Shown here: one piece after another, positions 37,868 to 48,410 of the stretch
Layout: each line of letters opens with the position of its first letter
How positions within the stretch are numbered: the first letter of the stretch is position 1
Assembly: GCA_026125585.1 (NCBI GenBank)
Contig: JAHCLD010000001.1
Coordinates: 1,433-65,432, forward strand
DNA: 64,000 nt
Source: Burkholderiales bacterium
Lineage (GTDB): Bacteria > Pseudomonadota > Gammaproteobacteria > Burkholderiales > SG8-41
Direction: 5' to 3'
The notes under the pieces: model-generated
Told to the model about the DNA's origin: nothing
Database searches by the model: none
The model's input: only the letters and a program-made list of their open reading frames with translations
Program-made: the position numbers and the translations under genes

Positions 37868-40800
37868 CGATTCAGAACGGCGGCACGCTCAGCGTCGGCA
37901 ACAACAACACCGCCCGCACGATGACGATCACGGGCGATATCACCAACGCCGGTACCTTTCAGGTTGCCACCTCTTCCAATACCACGCATACGCTTAACGT
38001 TGGTGGTGACGTCGCCAACAGCGGCACGTTCAATCTGGCGACCGACGGCAACAGTCTGATGACTACCACCTGGACCGGGGGCGGTACGCACAACATTACC
38101 GGCACCGGGGCGATGACGTTCCACAATGTCACGGCGAACAATAACCTCGTCGTCAATAAGAGCGCGGGCACGATTACCCAGTCGGGGACGCTGACAGTCA
38201 ACGGCAATCTTACCGTCCAGGCAGGCACGCTGAACTTGGCCAACACCACGAGCGTGACGGGGGCGACCAGCATCAGCGGAACCCTGGGTCATACGACGAC
38301 GACAGGAACGCGGACGTTTACCGGCGCGGTGACGATCAACAATGGGGGCACCTGGGACAACACCGCCAACGAAGCGGTAACGATGGCGGACGATCTCATC
38401 AACAATGGCACCTTCAATTCCGGGACCGCCGCTTATACGTTTTCGGGGGCGGGTCAATGGGGCGGCAGCCAGCCGATTTCCTTCGGCGGCGCGGTCAACG
38501 TGACCGCCGGCGCGCGTGTGAACAACACGACGGTGACGGTGGCCGGTGCGCTGGCGTTGTCCGCCAACGTGACGCTGACCAATAACTCGACGGTCAGCGT
38601 GACCGGCGCCATCACCGGCGCCAACGCAACTACTTCAGTCTGGACAAACACCGCGAACTCCACGCTGAATGCCGGAGGGGCGCTGCTGACCACCGGCACG
38701 CTCAATGCCTCGGCCGGCGGCAACACGGTGCATTACAACGGTGCGGGCAACGTGGCCGTAAAGCTGCCTTCCGGCGGGAACTACTTCCATCTGACCCTCT
38801 CGACCGGTGGCACGAAGACGCCTGCGGCCGGTACCTACAACATCGGCGGCAACCTGACGATCAACGCCGGCCCGACTTTCAACGTGAACACGAGCGACCC
38901 GACGATCAATGTCGCGGGCAACGTCACGATCGCCGGGACTTATACCGCGAGCAACATCGCCGGCAGCCCGCTGACCATTGGCGGCGACATGACCATCAGC
39001 GGAACTTATACCGGCAACACGGCGCCGGTGAACCTGGCCGGGAATTTCACCGGTTCTGGAACCTTCACATCCGGCGCGGGCTTGTTCACGCTGAACGGGA
39101 CGGGCGCGCAGGTCATCGGCGGAACCGTTTCCCCGACGTTCACCAACCTCGCCGTCAACTCCGCCGGGGTCGCCCTGTCCGGCGTCAACGTCACCGTCGG
39201 CACGCTGCTGACGCTGACCAGCGGCGTCGTGACCACCGGCGCCAATGTCGTGGCCGTGACCGCTAACTGTCCGGGCAGCGTGTCGCGCGCGGCGGGTCAC
39301 ATCGCCGGTTTTCTGCGCCTGCGCATCCCGACCGGATCGCCGACCTGCCTGTTCCCCGTCGGCGATGCCGCCGGCTATCGGCCGGTCACGATCGCCTTCA
39401 CCACCGTGACCAACACCGGAACCCGCGACGTCACCGCCTCCGTCACGCAGGCCGCGGGCGAACATCCGAACATCGGCACTTCCACCATCGAGCCGATGCT
39501 CAACGTCAACCGCTATTGGACGCTGGCCAACAACACGACCTCGTTCACGTCCGCCGTGGCCACGTTCGCCTACGTTGCCGGCGACGCCGACACCGGGACC
39601 GACCAGACGCTGTTCATCGCCGGGCGCCATGCCTCGGGCACGTGGACCTATCCGTCGAGCAGCGCCAGCGCCGGCAGCGTGCAGGTTTCCGGGCTGGCCA
39701 CCGCCACGTTGGCGGGGGATTACGTGCTCGGCGAAACCGTGCCGGTGCTGTTCTCCCACTGGCGCATGGATCAGCCCGGCGGCTGGAACGGCGCGGCGAA
39801 CGAAGTGACTGACAGCGGCAGCGGCGGCTTCCACGGTGTCGCCGCCGGCCTGACCACGCGGCCGACGACCTCGGCCGCGAGTCCGGCGATCGCGGGTGAT
39901 CCCGGCACCTGCCAGTACGGCGTGTTCAACCGCTCGAACAAGGATTACGTCGCATTGCCTGCCGGATATCCCAATCTGATGTCGACGGCGGGCGGTTTCA
40001 CCGTGACGGCCTGGATCAACACGACCAACAGCGCATTGCCGGGGCAGCGCATATTCATCGACGACCAGAACAATACATCGCCCGGTGGCTGGGGATTCAG
40101 CGTGGGTGAAACAGACCGCGCCGGTGCCGGCGGGCTGCGCTTCTATTATCGGCAACCGACGGTGGTAACCGTTGATACTGTGGCGATTCCCAGCAACCAG
40201 TGGCTGTTTGTCGCCTTGACCGTGAACGTGGCTGCGGGCGCGAATGCAAGCCGCGCCACGCTGTATGCCTACAACACGGCCGGCGCGCTGGTGACGACGT
40301 ACACCCAGACTTTTACCTGGACGGCGGGTTCGGACGCCGGCCCCCCGTCGATCGGCGGCGAAACCAATGCCGCAGGCGAAAATACCGATGCCTTCGGTTT
40401 CAGCGGCAGCATCGACGAAGTGCGCGTCTACCAGCAGGCGCTGAGCCAGGGCCGCATCGAGCTGATCCGCCAGGATGCGCGCCCCTGCAATTTCCTGAAT
40501 CACATCCGCATCGAGCACGACGGGCTGGGGCTGACCTGCGCGCCGGAAACGGTGACCGTGAAGGCCTGCACCGACGCGCTCTGCACTAGCACCTACACCG
40601 GCAGCGTCACCACCACGCTGTCGCCGACCGGCTGGGTGGGCGGCAACACCATCACCTTCACCGGAACGGCCAATGTCGACTTGCGCCGGACCGCGCCGGG
40701 AATCGTCACGCTGGGCGCCGGCACCACATCGCCGCCGCCGACCTCGATCACGCGCTGTTTCAACGGCCTGCTCGAAACCTGCGACCTCGATTTCAGGAAC

Positions 40801-42570
40801 ACCGGTTTCCTGTTCAGCGCGATTCCTTCGCAGATCGCCGGCACCGTTTCGGCGACCCACACCGTGCAGGCGGTGCGCACCGACAACAACACCGGCGTGT
40901 GCACCGGCGTGTTCACCGGCAACGTGCCGAACATCGAACTGGCTTCTGAGTGTGTGAATCCGGGCGCCTGCCAGGCCGGGCAGCAGGTCACCTTCAACAA
41001 CAACGGGTCCGGCACCATCGCGGCGAACAACAGCGCCGCGGTGAACACCTGGACCACGCGCACGCTGACCTTCGGCGCCAACTCGACCGCCAGCTTCACC
41101 TTTGCCTATCCCGACGTCGGCGCGATCCGGTTGCACGCGCGCCACAACATCAACGGCTCGGGCGATTACATGACCGGCGCGTCCTCGAACGTGGTGGTCA
41201 GGCCCGCCGGCTTCACGGTCGGCAACATCCGCCGGGCTTCCGACAACGTCGCCAATCCCGGCGCGGCCAATGCCGGCGGCGCCGTGTTCATGAAGGCCGG
41301 CGAGAACATCGCGCTGACGGTGACCGCGGTGAACTCGCTGGGCGCCGCGACGCCCAATTTCGGCAAGGAAACGCCCGCGGAAGGCGCGCTGCTCGATTCG
41401 GCCCTGGTCGGCGGTCTCGGGCTGACCGCCAATCCCGGTCTCGGCAACAACCTGATCGCCGGCAGCGCGTTCACGGCGGGGGCCGCTGCGGTAAGCAACG
41501 TGACCTGGGGCGAGGTCGGCATCATCACCATCACGCCACGCCTCGGCGATGGCGATTACCTGGGGGCCGGCGACGTCATCGGCACGACGAGCGGCAACGT
41601 CGGCCGCTTCACGCCGCACAATTTCGCGGTGAGCGGCAACGCGCCGTCGTTCGTTCCGGCCTGTTCCGCCGGCGGATTCACCTACATCGGCCAGCCGTTC
41701 GCCTACGGCGTGGCGCCGGTGCTGACGGTCACCGCGCGCAACCTTGCCGGCGGAACGACCCAGAACTACAAGGGCCCGTTTTTCAAGATCACCAATGCCA
41801 GCCTCACCGGCAAGGCCTACACGGCGGCGACCGGAACGCTGGACGTCAGCGGCATCACGGGCGCCGATCCGGCGATCGCCGACAACAGCGACGGCACGGC
41901 GACCCTGACCTTCAATTCGGGCACCGGTCTCCTGTTCACGCGCTCGACGCCGGTTACGCCCTTCGATGCCGACATCTCGCTGGCGATCAACGTGATCGAT
42001 ACCGACAGTGTTGTCTACACCGCCAATCCGGCGCGTTTCGGACAGGCTGCCGCGGGCGACGGCATTGCATTCACCGGCGGCAAGGCCATGCGCTTCGGCC
42101 GGCTTCGTCTCGGCGGCGCCAGCGGCTCGCAACTCCTGCCGCTGCGCGTGCCGTTCGAAGCGCAGTACTGGTCGGGCGCGTTTTTCGAGACCAATACCGC
42201 GGATACCTGCTCCACGTTCGCGCCCGGCAATGTCGGCCTGGGCAACTTCATCGGCAACCTCAACGCCGGCGAGACCACGGTGACCGCGATCACCAGTCCG
42301 TTGCAGGGCGGACGCGGTTCGATCAGGCTCAGCGCGCCCGGCGCGGCGAACAATGGCAGCGTGGATGTCTCGCTGAACCTCGGCACCGGCGCCGCGGCCG
42401 ATGCCTGCCCGGCGTTCGCGCCGGCGGCAACGGCCGGCAACAGGGCCTATCTGCGGGGAAACTGGTGCGCGCCGCCCGGCGCGCATACCAGGGATCCCGC
42501 GGCCCGGGCGCGTTTCGGCATCCTGCGCGGCAGCGAGGAGACGATCTATATCCGCGAGACGGTGAACTGA
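37783..42570 (+). CDS. mshQ: giant MshQ-like pilus-associated protein 1 (beta-helix-like repeats, LamG domain about 39745-40488, MshQ-type C-terminal region)
   Basis: 1595 aa from the first in-frame start (GTG). The frame is already open and homologous from 37690. LamG hallmark SIDEVRVYQQALS. The C-terminal ~450 aa are closely paralogous to the next gene. Confidence 0.8.
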   Translation: MPAAGSDVTICNTRTVTLNANTTSLASLTIQNGGTLSVGNNNTARTMTITGDITNAGTFQVATSSNTTHTLNVGGDVANSGTFNLATDGNSLMTTTWTGGGTHNITGTGAMTFHNVTANNNLVVNKSAGTITQSGTLTVNGNLTVQAGTLNLANTTSVTGATSISGTLGHTTTTGTRTFTGAVTINNGGTWDNTANEAVTMADDLINNGTFNSGTAAYTFSGAGQWGGSQPISFGGAVNVTAGARVNNTTVTVAGALALSANVTLTNNSTVSVTGAITGANATTSVWTNTANSTLNAGGALLTTGTLNASAGGNTVHYNGAGNVAVKLPSGGNYFHLTLSTGGTKTPAAGTYNIGGNLTINAGPTFNVNTSDPTINVAGNVTIAGTYTASNIAGSPLTIGGDMTISGTYTGNTAPVNLAGNFTGSGTFTSGAGLFTLNGTGAQVIGGTVSPTFTNLAVNSAGVALSGVNVTVGTLLTLTSGVVTTGANVVAVTANCPGSVSRAAGHIAGFLRLRIPTGSPTCLFPVGDAAGYRPVTIAFTTVTNTGTRDVTASVTQAAGEHPNIGTSTIEPMLNVNRYWTLANNTTSFTSAVATFAYVAGDADTGTDQTLFIAGRHASGTWTYPSSSASAGSVQVSGLATATLAGDYVLGETVPVLFSHWRMDQPGGWNGAANEVTDSGSGGFHGVAAGLTTRPTTSAASPAIAGDPGTCQYGVFNRSNKDYVALPAGYPNLMSTAGGFTVTAWINTTNSALPGQRIFIDDQNNTSPGGWGFSVGETDRAGAGGLRFYYRQPTVVTVDTVAIPSNQWLFVALTVNVAAGANASRATLYAYNTAGALVTTYTQTFTWTAGSDAGPPSIGGETNAAGENTDAFGFSGSIDEVRVYQQALSQGRIELIRQDARPCNFLNHIRIEHDGLGLTCAPETVTVKACTDALCTSTYTGSVTTTLSPTGWVGGNTITFTGTANVDLRRTAPGIVTLGAGTTSPPPTSITRCFNGLLETCDLDFRNTGFLFSAIPSQIAGTVSATHTVQAVRTDNNTGVCTGVFTGNVPNIELASECVNPGACQAGQQVTFNNNGSGTIAANNSAAVNTWTTRTLTFGANSTASFTFAYPDVGAIRLHARHNINGSGDYMTGASSNVVVRPAGFTVGNIRRASDNVANPGAANAGGAVFMKAGENIALTVTAVNSLGAATPNFGKETPAEGALLDSALVGGLGLTANPGLGNNLIAGSAFTAGAAAVSNVTWGEVGIITITPRLGDGDYLGAGDVIGTTSGNVGRFTPHNFAVSGNAPSFVPACSAGGFTYIGQPFAYGVAPVLTVTARNLAGGTTQNYKGPFFKITNASLTGKAYTAATGTLDVSGITGADPAIADNSDGTATLTFNSGTGLLFTRSTPVTPFDADISLAINVIDTDSVVYTANPARFGQAAAGDGIAFTGGKAMRFGRLRLGGASGSQLLPLRVPFEAQYWSGAFFETNTADTCSTFAPGNVGLGNFIGNLNAGETTVTAITSPLQGGRGSIRLSAPGAANNGSVDVSLNLGTGAAADACPAFAPAATAGNRAYLRGNWCAPPGAHTRDPAARARFGILRGSEETIYIRETVN

Positions 42571-42680
42571 ACATGGCGAGAACGATCCCGGCGCGCGGTG
42601 TTCTGATTGCGGGGCCGTCCGATGGCGGCGGCCCGCGATGGCGGAATGCAAGGATCCAGCGGCTGCGTATTGTCACTGAC

Positions 42681-42723
42681 GATATAAAAAAATATCAATA
42701 AAAACAATAACTTAATTTGATAC
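42681..42723 (+). repeat. AT-rich box copy D
   Basis: gatataaaaaaatatcaataaaaacaataacttaatttgatac. Ends 1 nt before the ATG at 42724. Confidence 0.8.
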
Positions 42724-45700
42724 ATGGTATCTGCAGCTCAAAGCTGCCCAAGCTTTATGAACATGAAAATGCTTGCTGCTCGGAATGATTCGGAAGGCCG
42801 GACCGGCGAACGCGGCTTGGCTGCGTGCTTTCTGTTTCTGTTGTTCGCGGCGATGCTGGTCTTCGGCTTGGCCGGAGCGAACGACGTGCGGGCGGCGGCG
42901 CCGACGTTTCAGGCGGCGGGCACGCAGCAGAGCGGCACGGGCAATGTCACCGTGCCGTGGCCTGCGCACGTGGCGGGTGATGTCGCGCTGCTCTTCATCG
43001 AGAGCACGGGAGGACAGGCGGCCAATCTCGGGACCGCCAATGGATTCGTTGCGGTTGCCAACAGTCCCCAGAATACGGGCACCGGCACAAACGGGACGCG
43101 ACTGACCGTGTACTGGGCGCGTGCCACGTCGGCTGCCATGGCTTCTCCGGTGGTGACCGATCCGGGCAATCACGTCTATGCCCGCATCCTGACCTATCGT
43201 GGCGTCATCGGTGCTGGCAATCCGTGGGACGTGACCGGTGGTGGCGTCAAGGCCACAGCCAGCACTTCAGTCACGGTGACGGGTGTGACGACAACGGTGC
43301 CGGATACGCTGATTGTGCAGGCCGTGGCGCGCGACAACGATTCGGCAGCGGCGGCATTCGGTACCCCGACCAATGCCAATCTGACAGGAATCACCGAACG
43401 CTCTGATGCGGGCACGACCTCGGGCAATGGCGGCGGTATCGGCATCTGGGATGGCGTCAAAGCAACTGCGGGTGCGACCGGAAACACGACTGCCACGGTA
43501 ACCAGCTCCATCAACGCATTCCTGACCATCGCGCTCAGGCCGCCACCGCCGAACTATTACAGCCGCAACGGCGGCGGCAACTGGTCGGCGACCGCGACCT
43601 GGAGCAACACGGCGTGTAACGGCGCGGCAGGCGCGACGATCCCGCATGCCGACGCGACGGTCACCATCTGCAACAACGACACGGTCACGCTGAACCAGAA
43701 TGCGACCATTGCCGAGTTGATCGTGGGCAGCGGGAACAACAATTCCACACTGACGCATACGGGGAGCAATGCGCTGACGACCGGCGGTGTCACGTTCAAC
43801 CGGGGCACCGGCGGCACCAAGGCCTGGAACGTCAACGCCGGCAGTGCAACGGTCAACGGCAACGTGGTGATGGGCAGTTGGACCAACGGCATTGCGCGGA
43901 TCCAGTTGACCAGCGGCACGCTGGACATCAACGGCGACCTGGGTTTCTTCAACAACACGCTGGGGCAGGCCGTCATCGATGCCAGTGGCGGCGCGGCAAA
44001 CATCTTCCTGTCCGGCGCGATGACCGATCTCGGCAATGCCCAGATCCTGCCGGGCACGGCCAGCACCTTCACCTACGACGGTGGCAACCAGAGCGTGTGG
44101 CTGGGCGTCGGCGGCATCAGTTACTACAACCTGACGCTCGCCGGCAGCGGCACCAAGCAGCAGCAGTACGGCGGCGCGGCCACGGTCGGCGGCGCGACGA
44201 CTGTCAATGCCGGCGTGACGTTCACCAACTCCGGGGCCGTCACTTTTTCCGGGGCCTTCGTCAACAACGGCACGACCAACGCCAGCCAGACCAACGATTA
44301 CCAGGGCAGCTTCACCAACGCCGGTACCTATACCAGCAGCGCCGGCGGCGGGCAGAACTACCGCGGCAATTTCAGCAACAGCGGCACGTTCAATGCGGGC
44401 AGCGCGCAGCACCGCTTCAACGGCAGCGCGCTGCAGACGCTGACGGGCGCGACCACCTTCCAGAACCTGGAAGTGAACAACAGCGCGGGGCTGGTCATCA
44501 ACAGCAACGTGACGGTGACGACGCAGGCGACACTGACCGGCGGCGTGGTCACGACCGGCGCCAACGTGTTCATCGTGCAGCAGACGACCTGGAGCGGGGT
44601 GAGCCGCGGCAGCGGCTATATCAACGGCAATCTGCGCCTGCGCATGCCGACCGGCGGCACGTCGCGCGTGTTCGACGTCGGCGGCGCGAACGGCTATCGT
44701 CCGGTGACGGTGGCGTTCGCCAATATCACCACGCAGGGCGATCTGACCGTTTCGGTCAGCGACCCCGGCGGCGATCATCCGGATATCGGTGCCTCCTCGA
44801 TCGATCCGGCAAAAAGCGTCAATCGCTGGTGGACGCTGACCAACGGCGGCATCGCGTTCAGCGGCAATTACAGCGTCGTCTTCAATTACCTGGCGGGCGA
44901 TATCGACGGCGGTGCCAATCCCGCGCAGTTCAACATCCAGCGTTTCAGCGGCGGGACTTGGAACGATGTCACGACCGGCAACCGCACCGGCACCAGCATC
45001 GAGGGCACGGGGCTGAGCGCCTTCGGCGCGTTCGCCATCGGGCAGCGCCTGATCCTGACCACCTGTCCCGCCGGCGGAGAGCTGATTCCCGGACTGTTCG
45101 GCTCGTACTACAACGTCACCGGCGGCTTCCCGCCGGCGCGCCCCTCGGGATTGCCGAACGGCACGCGCGCCGACGGCCCGGTGGACTTCAACTGGGCCGC
45201 CGCCGCGCCCGGCGTGAGCGGCATCGGTGCCAACCAGTTTTCGGTACGCTGGGACGGCTACATCTATGTCACGGTCAGCGGCAACTACCAGTTCCAGACC
45301 GAGTCGGACGACGGCGTGCGGCTGTGGGTCAACGACATGACGACGCCGGTGATCGACAACTGGACCGACCATTCCGCGGCTACGGACACCAGCGCCAACG
45401 TGGCATTGACGGCGGGACAGTTCTACCCGATCCGGCTGGAGTTCTACGAGAACGGCGGCGACGCGGTCATCCGCCTGCGCTGGCGCTTGCCCAGCAGCGG
45501 TTCCTATGTCGCGATTCCCGCGGGCCCGGTGCCGACGCCGGGGGCGGGGCTGTACCACTGCAGCGAGCAGCAGGTCCCGGGCCTGCTGGCGCATTACGCC
45601 ATGGACGAAGCCGCGTGGAACGGCACGACCGGCGAAGTCAAGGATGCGAGCGGCAACAACCGCCACGGCACCGCGCTCGCGCCCAACGGGCCGGCCACGG

Positions 45701-48351
45701 CCAACACGGCGCCCGCGCGCCCGGGCAATCCCGGCACCTGCGGCTATGGCGTGTTCGACGGCAGCAACGATTACGTCACCGTGCCGAATCTGCAGACGAT
45801 CCTCGGCGGCACGGCGAGCCTCGCGTTCTGGATCCGGACGACGCAGGGCGGCAACAACACGGCCTGGGAGGCGCCGGGCGTGACCGGCGTGGAGGAGAGC
45901 GGCGGCGGCAACGACGTGTTCTGGGGATTCCTGCGCGGCAACGGCCGCATCGCGATCCAGAAGGGGAACGGCGCTTACGCGGAATCGGCGGCGGCGGTCA
46001 ACAACGGCAACTGGCAGCACGTGGTGCTGACACGCAATGCCACGAGCGGCGCGGTGCAGGTGTATCTGAACGGCAGCCTGTCCGGCTCCGCGACCGGCGA
46101 GACGGGCACGGTGACCACGGCGTTCTCGAGCATCGGGCGGATCGAGGACACCGGCGGCACGCCCATGTACTTCAACGGCCAGATCGACGAGATGCGTGTT
46201 TACGACCGTGTGCTGACCACCGCCGAGGTTGCCGTCGTTTACGATCTCAAGCGTCCCTGCGACGTGGAGGCCCTCGACCATATCCGCATCACACACGGCA
46301 GCGGCAGCGGCCTGACCTGCAATCCGTCGACGCTGACGATCCGCGCCTGCGCGAATGCCGATTGCACGATCGAATACACGGGCGGCGTGGCCGGATCGCT
46401 GACCGCGACCGGCGCGACGACGAACTTTGCGGGCGGCGCTGGTTTTGCGATTGCCTCGGGTTTGGGGGCCGTCACCAAGGACATCCAGGTGACGGCGACG
46501 CCCAGCGCGATGATCGGCGCGACCAGCATCAGTCCAGCACCGGTCAACCCGGTGGCCTGCAATTTTGGCACGCCCGCCTGCACCTTCACGGCGGCGGATT
46601 CGGGTTTCGTGTTCGACGTGCCGGATCATGTGTCGGACACGATCCAGAGTTCCATTACCATCTCCGCCGTGCGCAAGGACGATACGAGCCAGCGCTGCGT
46701 GCCGGCATTCCAGAGCACGACCAAGACGGTCGGTTTCTGGTCGAACTACCTGAATCCGGCCACCGGTTCGCTCGCGGTCAGCGTCAATGGCAACAACATT
46801 TCCGGAACCAGTCCCGGAACCGGCATGAATCTGAACTTCAACGCCTCCGGCGAGGCGACGATACAGGTGCGGTATCTCGACGTCGGCCGGATGCGGCTGC
46901 ACGCGCGCCACGACGGTTCGGGTATCGCCGGGGGGCTGGTGATGCTGGGGCAGGATGAATTCGTCAGCAAACCCGCAGGCTTCGTGATTTCGGGCATACA
47001 GAGAACCGCCGACAGTTTCGCCAATCCGGCGGCGGCCAATGCCGCCGGCGCGGTGTTCATCCGCGCCGGCGAAAACATCACGCTGACCGTGACTGCGCGC
47101 AATGCCAGCAACAACGCGACGCCCAACTTCGGCAGGGAGTCGCCCGCGGAAGGCGTGCAACTGACATCCGCGCTGGTCGGCGGGCTCGGGCTCAGCGCCA
47201 ATCCCGCGCTTGGCAATGGCCTGATCGCGGGCGCCGCGTTTACCGCCGGATCGGCTACGGCGACCAACGTGACCTGGGGCGAGGTCGGCATCATCACCCT
47301 CACGCCGCACCTCGGCGACGGCGATTACCTCGGTACCGGCGACGTCATCGGCACGGCGAGCGGCAATGTCGGGCGTTTCATCCCGCACAATTTCGCGGTT
47401 GCGTTCAACGATCCGGCGTTCGCGACGGCCTGCACCGCGGGCGGATTCACCTATGTCGGACAGCCTTTCGTTTACGCCACGGGGATGTCGCCGGTGCTGA
47501 CGGCCACCGCGCGCAATCTTGCCGGGGGGACGACGCTGAATTACCGGGGCACTTCGCCGGCGTCCCAGGCGTTTTTCAAGATCACCAACGGCTCGCTGAC
47601 CGGCAAGGCATATTCCGCGGCCAGCGGCACGCTCGATGTCAGCGGAATCACCGGGACGGACCCCGTCATCGTGGACAACGGCAACGGCACGGCGACCCTG
47701 ACGTTCAACTCCGGCAGCGGGCTGGCGTTCACGCGCGGCAATCCCGTGTCGCCGTTCGATGCCGAAATTTCGCTGGCCATCAACGTGCTCGATACCGACG
47801 GTGTCGCGTATTCGTCGAATCCGGCGAGATTCGGACAGGCCAGCGCCGGCAACGGCATCGATTTTCCGGACGGAAAGGCCATGCGTTACGGCCGTGTGCG
47901 GCTGACGGGCGCCAGCGGATCGCAGGTGTTGCCGCTCCGGGTGCCTTTCGAGGCCCAGTACTGGACAGGCACGTTCTTTGCAACGAACACCCTCGATACC
48001 TGTACAACACTGAGCGCAGGCAACGTGGGCATGGGCAATTACATCGGCAACCTGAACGCAGGCGAAACCACCGTGACATCGATCACGGCGCTATCCGCGG
48101 GACGCGGCACCATCGTCCTGGGAGCGCCCGGAGCGGGCAACAACGGCAGCGTCGATCTTGCCTTCAACCTCGGCGATGGCACAGTTGCTGCGGCCTGCCC
48201 GTCTTTTGCGCCGAATGCCGGCGCGGGCAACCTGCCGTGGCTGCGCGGCCAGTGGTGTGGCGCCGCCCATGACCGGGATCCGTCGGCCAGAGCGCGCTTC
48301 GGCATACGCGGCGGCGGCGACGAGCGGATTTATATACGTGAAAATTATTAA
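42724..48351 (+). CDS. mshQ: giant MshQ-like pilus-associated protein 2 (novel N-terminal module, beta-helix-like repeats, PA14 domain about 45091-45525, LamG about 45583-46250, MshQ-type C-terminal region)
   Basis: 1875 aa. PA14-like GLFGSYYNV...FSVRWDGYIYV...YQFQTESDDGVRLWVND...YPIRLEFYENGG. LamG hallmark QIDEMRVYDRVLT. Start could also be 42757/42763. Confidence 0.8.
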   Translation: MVSAAQSCPSFMNMKMLAARNDSEGRTGERGLAACFLFLLFAAMLVFGLAGANDVRAAAPTFQAAGTQQSGTGNVTVPWPAHVAGDVALLFIESTGGQAANLGTANGFVAVANSPQNTGTGTNGTRLTVYWARATSAAMASPVVTDPGNHVYARILTYRGVIGAGNPWDVTGGGVKATASTSVTVTGVTTTVPDTLIVQAVARDNDSAAAAFGTPTNANLTGITERSDAGTTSGNGGGIGIWDGVKATAGATGNTTATVTSSINAFLTIALRPPPPNYYSRNGGGNWSATATWSNTACNGAAGATIPHADATVTICNNDTVTLNQNATIAELIVGSGNNNSTLTHTGSNALTTGGVTFNRGTGGTKAWNVNAGSATVNGNVVMGSWTNGIARIQLTSGTLDINGDLGFFNNTLGQAVIDASGGAANIFLSGAMTDLGNAQILPGTASTFTYDGGNQSVWLGVGGISYYNLTLAGSGTKQQQYGGAATVGGATTVNAGVTFTNSGAVTFSGAFVNNGTTNASQTNDYQGSFTNAGTYTSSAGGGQNYRGNFSNSGTFNAGSAQHRFNGSALQTLTGATTFQNLEVNNSAGLVINSNVTVTTQATLTGGVVTTGANVFIVQQTTWSGVSRGSGYINGNLRLRMPTGGTSRVFDVGGANGYRPVTVAFANITTQGDLTVSVSDPGGDHPDIGASSIDPAKSVNRWWTLTNGGIAFSGNYSVVFNYLAGDIDGGANPAQFNIQRFSGGTWNDVTTGNRTGTSIEGTGLSAFGAFAIGQRLILTTCPAGGELIPGLFGSYYNVTGGFPPARPSGLPNGTRADGPVDFNWAAAAPGVSGIGANQFSVRWDGYIYVTVSGNYQFQTESDDGVRLWVNDMTTPVIDNWTDHSAATDTSANVALTAGQFYPIRLEFYENGGDAVIRLRWRLPSSGSYVAIPAGPVPTPGAGLYHCSEQQVPGLLAHYAMDEAAWNGTTGEVKDASGNNRHGTALAPNGPATANTAPARPGNPGTCGYGVFDGSNDYVTVPNLQTILGGTASLAFWIRTTQGGNNTAWEAPGVTGVEESGGGNDVFWGFLRGNGRIAIQKGNGAYAESAAAVNNGNWQHVVLTRNATSGAVQVYLNGSLSGSATGETGTVTTAFSSIGRIEDTGGTPMYFNGQIDEMRVYDRVLTTAEVAVVYDLKRPCDVEALDHIRITHGSGSGLTCNPSTLTIRACANADCTIEYTGGVAGSLTATGATTNFAGGAGFAIASGLGAVTKDIQVTATPSAMIGATSISPAPVNPVACNFGTPACTFTAADSGFVFDVPDHVSDTIQSSITISAVRKDDTSQRCVPAFQSTTKTVGFWSNYLNPATGSLAVSVNGNNISGTSPGTGMNLNFNASGEATIQVRYLDVGRMRLHARHDGSGIAGGLVMLGQDEFVSKPAGFVISGIQRTADSFANPAAANAAGAVFIRAGENITLTVTARNASNNATPNFGRESPAEGVQLTSALVGGLGLSANPALGNGLIAGAAFTAGSATATNVTWGEVGIITLTPHLGDGDYLGTGDVIGTASGNVGRFIPHNFAVAFNDPAFATACTAGGFTYVGQPFVYATGMSPVLTATARNLAGGTTLNYRGTSPASQAFFKITNGSLTGKAYSAASGTLDVSGITGTDPVIVDNGNGTATLTFNSGSGLAFTRGNPVSPFDAEISLAINVLDTDGVAYSSNPARFGQASAGNGIDFPDGKAMRYGRVRLTGASGSQVLPLRVPFEAQYWTGTFFATNTLDTCTTLSAGNVGMGNYIGNLNAGETTVTSITALSAGRGTIVLGAPGAGNNGSVDLAFNLGDGTVAAACPSFAPNAGAGNLPWLRGQWCGAAHDRDPSARARFGIRGGGDERIYIRENY

Positions 48352-48374
48352 TCAAAACAATGGATTAACTTTCC
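48340..48374 (+). repeat. AT-rich box copy E (degenerate)
   Basis: gaaaattattaatcaaaacaatggattaactttcc. Its 5' part encodes the last codons and the stop of MshQ-like 2. Confidence 0.6.
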
Positions 48375-48410
48375 CGATCGTGCGGCGTCGTGCAAATACG
48401 CCGTAAGTCT

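Noticed and set aside
38635-42651. 1338-aa ORF on the minus strand opposite MshQ-like 1. Similar cases: 43267-47388 (1373 aa) opposite MshQ-like 2, 51049-53739 opposite mshL/mshM, 55694-58210 opposite the bio operon, 24417-26195 opposite the PglL-like gene.
   Set aside because: Their translations are Arg/Ala/Gly/Pro-rich and low in complexity, with no motifs, and each mirrors a well-supported sense gene. Long antisense ORFs are an expected result of stop-codon scarcity in G+C-rich DNA.
42573-42701. Short ORF (MARTIPARGVLIAGPSDGGG...DDIKKYQ) between the two MshQ-like genes.
   Set aside because: No RBS and no recognisable fold. It ends inside AT box D only because that is the first A/T-rich stretch able to supply a stop codon.
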